DNA of 64,000 nt from the human T2T-CHM13v2.0 reference genome, Homo sapiens. Below are positions 53,061-64,000 of the stretch, piece by piece; position 1 is the first letter of the stretch, and every line of letters starts with the position of its first letter. The stretch lies in the NCBI RefSeq assembly GCF_009914755.1, contig NC_060926.1. The stretch is one strand, 5' to 3'. The notes under the pieces were generated by a model that saw only the letters and a list, made by a program, of their open reading frames with translations, ran no database searches and was not told the origin of the DNA. Both the position numbers and the translations under genes were made by a program.

Positions 53061-53499
53061 TTTCTTTAAATCTATCCCTACTTCACACTGGGACCTGCAA
53101 ATGTGAGGCATGTTCATACTGATACTACTGATGTAGTAGCACCATTAAATGGGCCTTTTTATCATTAAATGGGCCAACCAAACAAGGGACTTGGATAATG
53201 CTTTTGCCCTACAGTCAGGGTGCTGAAGGCCAGCCGACCTTGGGTGAAATTGACTACTATCTACGCATCATCATATAAAGCCTCCTCTATGCTGCTTCTC
53301 TTATGTCCAAGCATAGCCTAATAGCCCTACCCTCAGCCTCTCCTTTGGATTGAAGTCACTAAGGCCTTTGTGAAGTTTCAGTAACTGGCCTGGAACAAAG
53401 GGGAGTCTTTCAGCTATTAACTTAGCTCTAGCTGAGAGCAGGACCTGAGCAATGGCATTCAGGATGAGTAAATTTCAGAGAGAGGAAAATTGGAGTGCA

Positions 53500-53970
53500 C
53501 CTACAAGTTAGGGAGTCCCCAAACCCACCCTTACCTTTGACATCAACTTCAAGTTCTGAGGTTCCCAAGACTTTGATCATTCACTAGAAGGACCCACAGA
53601 ATTAACTGAAAACTGTACACTTAAAATTACAGTTGATATGCTGAAAGAATACAAATTAGAGTCAGCCAAGGGAAGAACACATGGGACAGAGTCCAGGAGA
53701 GTTCCACATGGCTTCTCTCCCAGTGAAGCCATGAACAGCCAGGCTACTCCTGAGAACTGTGTAACAATACACACCAAATGCTACCAACTGGGGAAGTGCA
53801 CCTGTGTCTTAGTGTCCAGAGTTTTTATTGGGGTTTGGTCGTGAAGATATGGTTGATTATGTGACCATCAGGTACTGACCTTTAGTCTCCAGCCTTTCTG
53901 GATGTCAAGTTGATACTACATAGCCCAAAGTCCCCACTTTGGCCAAGACTCTCTTGTGGAAAAATAATCA
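53500..53970 (-). mobile_element. MER21-type ERVL LTR fragment
   Basis: TTCACTAGAAGGACCCACAGAA...CTTAGTGTCCAGAGTTTTTATTGGGGTTTGGTC. Confidence 0.65.
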
Positions 53971-54100
53971 CATCTGTTTTAGTGTCTGCATTTGTTATAG
54001 CATTTATATCACAGATATAGGAGTCGTGTCAGTATGAACACACCTAATATTTGGAGGCAGGCCTCAGTGTGAAGTAGGGATAGATTTAAAGAAACAACTT

Positions 54101-54652
<552 letters not shown>

Positions 54653-54769
54653 AAAGAAACAACTTATCTATCTAGAAAGTCATTACATACATTTTCATAT
54701 TTTTGTCCTGATATGATGACTTGTTCTACTACCATCTATATCTCATGATACACTTGTGCAGAACTATTG

Positions 54770-55081
54770 TTTTGTTTTCGTTTTAGAGACAGGATCTCTG
54801 TTGCCCAGGCTGGAGTGCAGTGGTGTGATCACAGCTCACTGTAGCCTTGATCTCCCGAGCTCAAGCTCAAGTGATCCTCTCTCCTCAGCCTCCTAAGTAG
54901 CTGGAAGTACAGGTGCACACCACCATACCTGACTAATTTTATTTTTCAGCTTTTAGTTTTTGTAGAGACAGGATCTCATTATATTGCCCAGGCTGGTCTC
55001 TCAAACTCCTGGGTTCAAGTGATCCTCCCACATCAGCCTCCCAAAATGCTGAGATTACAGGTGTGAGCCACCGTACCTGGC
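54770..55081 (-). mobile_element. AluJ-type element
   Basis: GATCACAGCTCACTGTAGCCTTG, an AluJ diagnostic; TSD CAGAACTATT. Confidence 0.88.
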
Positions 55082-55644
55082 CAGAACTATTTAACATAGC
55101 AATTAGATGACGATTAATGAAATCTAGTGTTTCCTCAGGCCAGTCATTTTCCATCAGTATTATATCCTGAGGAGGCTTTCACTTAGCTTCTTGATATATT
55201 TGATCATCAACAGCAGTACCGTCATTAGACTTATTCACATAAGGGGACGAATCTTACCCATGATGCCAGTGCTACACCGTATCGCAGTATGGTTGCAGAT
55301 GTAACCTGAAAAGTAAGTCAAAAGATACAGGCATATTACTAAAATCTCACTCAGTCATTATCAATTTGGTCCAGGTCACAATCATATTATACGACCAAAA
55401 TGTCTCCCAGAGCAATGCCACCCACTCAGGTTTGCAGGTTTCCATTCAACCTTGTCAGGTTCCCAAAAGCAGGAGTGGTCTTTGCAACACATGGCTTCAT
55501 CCTTTCAGGCATTTGCATGAAGCTAAAAGTCAATATCATCTTTATCAAGGCACCATTGTAATATTGGAATTCCCTTGTTGCATAACCCATCTATTCATTC
55601 ATTTACCCTCAGCTACGATTCTTCCTTCTATCCATTTATCATTG

Positions 55645-55803
55645 TTTTTCGTTTTGTTTGGTTTTGTTTTGTTTAAAAAAAAAATAGGATGGGGTCTCTC
55701 TGAGACTTGCCCAGGCTAGTCTCAAACTCCTGAGTTCAAGAGATCCTGCCACTTCAGCCTCTCAAAGTGCTGGGATTACAGGCATGAGCCACTGCACCCA
55801 GCC
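55645..55803 (-). mobile_element. FLAM-like Alu monomer
   Basis: Antisense left monomer with (TTTTG)n tail; flanked by TATCATTG. Confidence 0.8.
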
Positions 55804-56656
55804 TATCATTGGTTTTTATCCAAACTTTTCTACCTTTGGAAGGGCTGTTAGTTTTAGCACTGTTCTGATACACACTGCTGATAGCAATACTGGTCTAGCA
55901 GGTGCTTCTCTCTCAGTTCACTTCTGTTTAATAGGGTGAGTTTACACACATACAGAACTAGTGGGCTATCTTGACCGCTAGGTAATAATATATCTGCATT
56001 CATCATCAAGACCAATTTTGCCACATGGGCTGAAGGCACAGTCTACCCCATCAGGCGCTTGGGAATTCTGACATAAAAGTTCAAAAGTACGGTTACAGTT
56101 TCCTGCTTAGGGATTATCCCTGCTCTTGCATCCAGTTGCAGCTCTGGTTCTGTGGTCACTGAATCAGGTAGAAAGAAGTGTTAAAGTCATGCAGGGAAAA
56201 GAAAGTTGCAGTGATGTGAAGAAGAATTGTATGGTCATATTAGCATTGTCCTCCAACCCCTCTTCCTGGATGGCACCCCAGAAATGGTCTCTGCCAATGA
56301 GAGAGCTGACACACAGTAAATACAGAATAACCACTCCTTTCTCGTTCCCCTGTTGCTGAGGTCTTAGCTGATGATAGCAAAGATGCACCATTTGCCAGGA
56401 GTGTGTTTGTGCTAATCAGATGTTGGCCTCAACATTTGTCTTTCTATAGTTATCCCATAAGGCAGGCAAAGGCCTTCACCCCCATGGGAAGGAGAATGTC
56501 CAAGGGCAGGAAGTGGGGGGTTCTCATTCACCAGGGCAAGAAGCAATTCCTTAGGGAGAAAATGGAGCCTGAGTAGGGAAGAGATTCAGCCTCCTTTGAT
56601 GTGCATTTTGAGTGGTCTAACTAGAGAGTTCCTAGGAGGTGAGGCTTAAGGATAGT

Positions 56657-57149
56657 GCAGCAGACAGAATAGCAGCCTCCCAAAGAAGTCTATGTTCTAA
56701 TTCCTGAAACCTGTGTATCTGTGACCTTTTATGGCAAAAGGAACTTTGAAGATGTGATTCAGTTAAGGATCTTGAGATGGGAAATCATCCTGATGAGCCC
56801 ATTTAATCAAAAGAGCCCTTTTAAGGGAAAGAAGGAGGCAGGAAAGTCAGAGTCTGAGAAGAAGATGTAACAAAGGAAGCAGAGCTCAGGGACAGAGGTT
56901 TGAAGATGCTGCACTGCTGTCTGTGAGGGTGGAGGAAGGCGCCACAAGCCAAGGAGTGCTGGCAGCCTACAGTAGCCAGCAAAGGCAGGGAAACTGGTTC
57001 TCCCTTAGAGACTCCAGGAGGAACACAGCCCTGCTGATCCCTTGATTTTAGGACTTCTAACCCCCAAACTATAAGACAATAAACTTGTATTGTTTTAAAC
57101 CACCACGTTTGTCAGTAATGTGCTACAGCAGGAACAAGAAACTCATACC
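56657..57149 (+). mobile_element. MLT1D-type MaLR solo LTR
   Basis: ATGGCAAAAGGAACTTTGAAGATGTGATTCAGTTAAGGATCTTGAGATGGG...AATAAACTTGTATTGTTTTAAACCAC. Confidence 0.82.
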
Positions 57150-58736
57150 AACAACATCAGCTGAGGAAGTCAGGAAGCAAGCTCCCCTGAATGACTATTT
57201 TCTGCTTTCTGTGGTCCCACAGGGTCTGTAAATAAAGAAAGCAAGACCAATTTTAGGACTGCTTAACCTGGAATCCATAGCCCATAGAAAAGATTTGAGG
57301 AATCCTCATAAGCCATGAAATTGTAAAATTTTACATGGCCAGTTTTGGTGAGAGATGGTCCAGGAATCCATGACTCCTGAAAGGTTAAGAACTACTCACC
57401 TTAACAAAGAGAAAAATCCAAGCCAAAAAAGAGCCCCACAGTCAATACGGAGAAGTGATGTCAGGAGCCAGATGAAAGAGAATATGGAATCTCTACACTC
57501 CAGGAGAAAGGTGAGGGGAAGATCTGGGTGGCTGTGAAAGCCTCAGGCTGGTGACCAGGCTGAGCATGATGGCAAAGGTGGCCTGCTCCTCTTTGGGGGT
57601 TGAGGATATGATCCTGGTTTAACGGAGATGCATAAACAAAAGTAAACAGAAATTCAGCTTCAGTCATCCTGAAAAAGGAGAATTTGCTTAATGCGCCCCA
57701 CTATGCAGAATAATAGACACCCCAGCATTTGTAGGAAACATAGAGAAGTGGCTTATGGTCTTTCGTTCACCTTTCACTCTTTTCCTATCCCAAGTCAAGT
57801 CTCTGGGCTGGATCCAGGGAGGCAGAACATTTGTGCTGAGAAGTCATCCCAAGGAAGCCCTGTCAGCCATGGTTTCCCTAATCCCATTAAGACCATACCT
57901 TCAGGGATGTGGGCCAGCTCAGAGTCAGTGTAGAGCAAGTTACTGCTGTTAAAAACGGAGGCTCCCAAAAAGTTCCTGGCCATGAAAAGAAGGTCTTTTT
58001 CTTTGCCCATTAACTGCTAAATTATCATTTCATGACCTAAGAGTAAACAAACCAAAACCACATGTCCCTTTGTAATTCAAATGAATAGAGTATTCCAGAT
58101 TAGAGAAAATCATACCTGAAGACAGAGCGATCTAAAATCCAGGGTGAAAAACTTCTAGTAATACCTGGTGGATCCCAGGATTCAGTGGAAAGGTCACTTT
58201 ACCCGGTGTCTCTGTCTAGCACATAACCAGGCAATCTTGAAAAAGATGAAGATGGGTCACCCAGGGAAGTGACCACATTAGAATCTTCTAGTATAGCGAT
58301 CTCAGGACTCCCAGGAGTGTGTGTGTTGAGGGCAGAGGGGAGAGGGGCAAGTGCCACTGGCATTGTTTAACCTATGCCACTTGAGCAGTTGTTAATGCAT
58401 GACCCTGACTCTATGGTTGTGTTAAACACATTCACAAAATGTTACTCAGCATGATTCTAAAATAAAGAAAAGTGAAGTATGTGTGAGTGAAGGGAGTGGG
58501 GGAAAAATGACGTCAAATATGTGAGAGGGGAGTGCGTGTCTCGGCTGCAGGAGTAAAATGTGTTTTCTCCATTAAAAAAATAGTTTTTCCATAAAGTCAC
58601 AAAAATGTTAGCTTGGAAATCTTGTCTGATGGACTCATTTAATGGGTTGGTGAGGACTCCTAAGTGCAAAGAGAAGAAGGGCTCTCTTAGGTCCATCAAG
58701 GGAAGGCGTTAATAGCCCAGCACTGGCTTTCTAACC

Positions 58737-58950
58737 CCAGGGCATTTGCACTGGCTGTTCTTGCTACCTTGACTGCTCTTCTGCAGCTATCCTCATACCC
58801 CATTCTCTTATTTTATTCAGGTCTCGGCTCACAGGTGCACCTATCAGAAAGGCCCTCCCTGACCACCCCCTCTAACACACACACAAGGGCAGTGAACAGT
58901 GTCTCGCAGGCAGTAGGCACTCAATTCATGTCTGCTGAAAGTTATTGACT
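58737..58950 (+). mobile_element. L2 fragment
   Basis: CAGGGCATTTGCACTGGCTGTTC...CCTCCCTGACCACCC...GTAGGCACTCAAT. Confidence 0.6.
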
Positions 58951-59254
58951 GACCAGCTAATGATGCTTCACTGCAGCGCCTTTCCAGGATACATGACAGT
59001 TGGAAACTCTAGCATCTTAACTTGACATCACCATGTGACAATATCTGCAAGACATCAAGATGGGAAGACACTGGCCTATATTCAAGGCCTATGTATCTAG
59101 TTGGTGATACAAGCATTGCAGACAGGAAACCAAGTTAACACAGCCTTACCCACTACATAAGCAAGATTCTGTAGGGGTGATAGAAGACAATGCAATTATG
59201 GGATAGTTGGTACAGTTGGAAAATTCTGAAAGTTCAGAGAGAGAGAACAATGTG

Positions 59255-59808
59255 TGAGACAGGCAGGCTGGTTGATTCCCTGTTTTAAAATAATCTGGAG
59301 GAAAAGGATCAAAGTCCCTCACTCAAGCTCTAGCTTTTATCTAACTCTCAGCTAATCAGTAATGAGAGACCCAAGAAGCTGTTAAATGCAAGCTCCTATT
59401 TCAGGCAGCTAGAGACTTCCCTGGAACGCCACACACCAGTTAGACTTCAACTCTAACCTAAAGTTACCTCTTCCTCATTTTAACGCTAAAATTCGCACCC
59501 AGGGCTGGAGATTTACAATGCTAATGCTACACCCAATGTATGAAGCAGCATGTTGAGCCACTGCACAAGCGTTAGAAAACTTTCTTCTACACATGCCCTG
59601 ATGTAATTTTTTTCCTATTAAGAGACCCCATAAAACGAACCCCCCCACAGAGTACCCTCGGGGAGCAGTCCACTCCTTTTTCCTCTCTCAATGCTAGCTC
59701 CCTTGTGCACAAGCTGGGATAAACTTAAACTGACCTTTGCTGCTATGTTTGGTGATATCTCTTGATTTCTAATCTGGGAGATTGCCAGAACCCCAGGCAC
59801 CAGTAACA
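59255..59808 (+). mobile_element. ERV1-type solo LTR (~554 bp, subfamily uncertain)
   Basis: TG...CA termini (TGAGACAGG...CCAGTAACA) with 4-bp TSD TGTG at 59251-59254 and 59809-59812. Confidence 0.7.
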
Positions 59809-60529
59809 TGTGGACCAGAAGAGTCCTTCCCATGTGAGCTAAGCTTTGACAGAAAAAAAAGAAAAAAACACACACTAGTCACATGGGACCTAACCCAGGG
59901 TAAGTTATGGGCCAGGCAGGCACCTGCTCAGGGCACCCATTTATAAAGAACTCTAAACAGTCACTGGAATAAGTTGGAAGTATGGTGCCAGCTAATTTGT
60001 AATTCTTTAAACATGGCAAAATTTCCATTGGTTTCCACTCTTTTCTGTGGCTAAAAAAGCCCTGTTTTTCATTTGAACATGTAACAGGAAAATAATTATT
60101 TATAGTCTCTCTCCACTTTCTATGACACTTAGAAAATTTTTTTTCTCATTCAGTCAGTTAATAAGTATTTATTAACTGTCTTTTCTACACTCCAGGACAT
60201 TTTTCTAGATCCTGGAATTACACCTTGAACAAGAGAGCTAGAGCTTCACCTTGAGGGGTATGTTCTCACCGCCAGTGGTTCACAAGGAGCAGAGTCCACT
60301 GAAGGCTTTAGTGGGTATTTCTGTGAGCATCGTTCCCAAGAATCTACCCTTGGCCTTGGGGGACTTGAGAGTTTTGCATTTGGATCTATGCATATTACAC
60401 TTTAGTTAAATGTTTATATAAAAAATAGATTATAAGGAAAAAAATGTTAATGCTCCTTAATTGTCCCCAAAAAGGGTTAGGGTGCAGACATCCCAGGGTG
60501 TGCTCAAGGTGACAACAGTCTATTTAAAA

Positions 60530-60640
60530 AGACATTTGCTAGAGGTTGGCATTAGGGGAAGCTGGGAAGGTTATATACGAGCTCTTTGTACTATGTTTGC
60601 AACTTTGCTATAAATCTAAAATCGTTTATTTTTTTAAAAC
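60530..60640 (+). mobile_element. Old L1M 3' terminal fragment
   Basis: CATTAGGGGAAGCTGGGAAGG...CTCTTTGTACTATGTTTGCAACTT...TAAATCTAAAAT. Confidence 0.6.
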
Positions 60641-63600
60641 ATTTGCTAAAAAACGTATATGGAAAAATGCAATTGCAGATGAATTGCCTTGCCCAATTAA
60701 AATACATCCTCTTTAAGTACTTTATTAGCACTTATTCATTCAATTATTTAACATTTAAACAACAAATGTTCTGCTTATAAACATTCCATCTAAATAGAGC
60801 CACACCATCGGAATGTGGGAAGAAAATGTTAGAACTATTTGTGTTTATTTTTTTCCCAAACATATTCTTTTGTGTGTGTGTGTTTCATGATGTACATAAC
60901 ATCTTAGTATAGTAGTTCAAATATATCATTTATATACAAATAAATATACACATTAGAAGGATACACTCCCAAACTTTCTGGTAGAAGTACTTAATCAAAA
61001 TAATCAGGAGACCACTGAAAATGTTATTAATGCATAGCATCCCAAATATTTGTCTGCTATCTTTCCACTTGTCCATAAGGGAAGGAATCCCGGTTTTTCA
61101 TAGGACTACGCACGTAGTAAGTATTGGGTTGTATTTATGGAATGCCTGTACTCTGTATCCTCCTGGCTACCTTTGTGTTTTGAGAGCAAAGGAAGTGCAG
61201 TCAACCTGGGGATCAAGTACAGAAACTAACTCATCCCAGGTATTTAAAAAGCCCATCTCCTCTTTTATAATCACTTTCTATTGCCTTTTATTTTTCCTTT
61301 TTAAAATTTTAATTGCCATGGTTTGTATGTGTTTTCTGCTTTAAGCTGCCTCAAATCCTTTTTTGGAGGAGACAGAGCATAAATCATAAATAGTTATAGG
61401 AACATTCTATGAAAAAGCACTAGCTAAATGACTGGAAAGGATAAAGGCAATTGCAAGAGGATTGCTCAACCTATTTAGCAGAAGTGGTCCTTTTAAGCAC
61501 TTTATAAGCAAGCAATTACATTTTAACAATTAATGTTCTAATTACTAACATTCTATTCACATAAAGCCAATTCCTTTTGGCAATGATTTGTAGCCTAATA
61601 CATAACCATTTATGTTTGAACTGAATGCAACAGCAGGCTTTTGCAAAAACACTGACAGTGTGCACTACAGTATAAGACAGCATGTGCCTTTGCAAGACCC
61701 AAAACACTGCCCTGCTCAGGGTGGGTGCTGGACAAATATGCAAACGATAGACTCTGAGAAGGAAAGGGCTCTTTATAGATAATTTATTCAGAACGCCACA
61801 TTTTGTAAGTCAGGAAACATAGACACATAGAGAGGAAGAATCCCACCTAAAATTATCCAATAAATGAATGACAAAATTTGATCTAAAACCTGGGTTTTCA
61901 CCTCCTTGTGTAGTGCTCTTGTAACATCAAACTCTCTTTCAGTCATTGAATTGGATTTAATTTAATTTAACCCTTTTGGTAGTTCTCACTGTCTGTCAAG
62001 GTAATTAATTACCAAATTACTACAGCTTTAGAGGGATTATGATGATTTCACCTTTGCTCATTATTCTGGGGCAGGACGTCCTGTCCATGTGAAGGAAGTG
62101 CCCATTCTCTATTTTTGCCCAGTTTCTGACAGCTCCCTGACATTTGAAATGGGTAGAAGTTACAAAAATCTTACCCCCATCATGGGAAACTCTGTGGCCA
62201 AATGTTGTAAAGAACCAAACTGAGCATCATCCTGGAAGCCAACTTCTTCATCCAATTGTCTATGAAGAAATCAACAGCTACTGTTTTTCTGAGACCCATC
62301 ATGCTATTGCTGCTCCTCCCTGCCCACCACCAAGACACACTCTATGATGAGAAAGCCCAGGTGACAACTGTTAATAATGCAACAATGGGCCTTTGCCTCA
62401 TCAAGGGTGGCTCCAGGAAAAATAATTACAAGCAGGGATGCTCTCCAAAACCCACAGATGGCTCCACCAGTTCTTTCCCCAGAGTTAAAGACAGACCTGA
62501 CAAACACTATCAGCCTCAAGGATATCAAAAGTGGAGAGAACAGGAGAAAAGGGAGGAAGATGAAGACATCGCTAGCTGGACCAAAAGAGACTTGGAGGCA
62601 GTGAGCGGCAGGAGGGGGGACTCTTGAGGGAAACAACATCACATCTGACATCATCCACACAGGGCAAGCCGAGAAACAGCTGAGCTAGCAAAACAAGCTC
62701 CCAGAAGGCTCTAGAGACAGTCCGGCCGCACAAAATAATCCTGCAATAATCGTTCTGCAGCACAGGCAATTCCAGCAAAGCAGAGGCAGGATCCCAGTCA
62801 AATAAAATATTACTTAAAACAAAGCAAAGCTGTATGGAGACATTTACTCTCATTCTTTGGCCTGGATGGGTCCTACCCTCATCCAAATGATCTCAGAATA
62901 ATTAACAATAGTCGGCCAAGAGAGGGAGACCTGAGTTCTGAGCCTACCACTACGACTCATCTAAATGCCAGGCACTCATTCCAAGTCTTTAGACCAGTTA
63001 TTGTTATTTATAAAAACAAAGAGTTGGGTCAAATCTATGGTTTTCAATTTTTAAGCATGAAATCTTTTTTTATAATAACCACATAACATTTTACATGGAA
63101 GGTCATGATTAAACAGATCACAGGAGAGCCTTGAAGTGGAAATGGAAGTGGGAAGTACAGAGCTTGGCTTAGAGGGCCACCCATCATCACCATGCCACTG
63201 AGGCCCCTCCTTAGACCCCAGTCCTTGGGGGATTTGAAGCTACTGGACTAGAAGCTCAGAAATGTTTTCCAGCTGTCTGGCTCTGTGACACCATGTTCCT
63301 GAGAACCTGTGGATATTGGATGATAGACCACTGTGAACTACGTGAGGTGGACTTTGAAGAATAAGCCAAGCTGGGACAACAAAGTGAGAGAGGAGGAAGC
63401 ATCCTAGGCAAGCAGCAAAAACATCAGGAAGCAGCAGAAGTGGCTCTCCAGCTTGAGTAGAGCATTTGGGTAGCTACTATAGGCTTGACAGTGTAGAGTG
63501 AGTGTGGAGTCAGTGCTTCCCAGGAATGTTTGCAGTGAGATCCTACTTCCACTAAACCCTATCCCAGCCTATGAGAAATGCTTTCTTACGAAGTCACAGG

Positions 63601-64000
63601 GAACAGCTTGGCCAATAGCAAGATAGCTCCTCCCACCTCGGGTGTGCATGGAAGCCAAAGCTTGCCCACCTTCTCATCTGAGAGAGAAATGGGGCACCCA
63701 TGAAAGTCTGGTGCTTTCACATAATTGCTGCCTTTATAGCAAGGTTACACAAATGGCTGTCCCCATTTAAAATCATACCAGCTTCCTGAAATAGGAGCTG
63801 TAGCTCCTTTTCTTGGAAAGCTTCCAGTTTGTCTAGAGAAAACAGACATATATTTCTGGCAAGAGAAAAACACAGAATGAACTAAATAATAAAGTCCCAA
63901 ATATGTGATAGAGTTTGCAGGTGATGTGGATGTGTCCTTGGGAAATTGGCAGAACAATATGAATTGTGAGGAACAGGGGTACACCGACCTTCTGATTATC

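Noticed and set aside
53143-53175. CATTAAATGGGCC repeated twice
   Set aside because: Simple 13-bp micro-duplication with no further structure
62256-62660. Overlapping 123/118/75-aa ORFs in apparently unique sequence
   Set aside because: No recognisable domain or homolog, no convincing splice-site pair, and the longest frame starts at a non-ATG codon

Overview
This is primate (very likely human) nuclear DNA, non-coding and intergenic or intronic in character. It is CpG-depleted and dense in interspersed repeats: Alu/FLAM, MIR, L2, old L1 3' fragments, MaLR and ERV1/ERVL solo LTRs, and DNA transposons (MER1A, MER5, Tigger, MADE1). It also carries microsatellites, including a ~260-nt pure pyrimidine (TTC)n-rich tract. 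I found no recognisable protein-coding gene, tRNA, rRNA or CRISPR array; the ORF track looks like chance and repeat-derived frames. The best non-repeat signals are: (1) an ungapped 174-bp direct duplication (8181-8354 / 12109-12282, ~87% identical, 45-nt identical core) with splice-site and nuclear-receptor-like motifs; (2) candidate minus-strand spliced exons at 3845-4172 and 9005-9132; (3) a near-perfect 23-bp hairpin at 40694-40748; (4) a cluster of ACGT-core motifs at 19.4-20.7 kb; and (5) an unusually similar inverted pair of L1 fragments. None of this establishes a new biological system from sequence alone. Repeat subfamily names are from memory of consensus sequences, and boundaries without a stated TSD are approximate.
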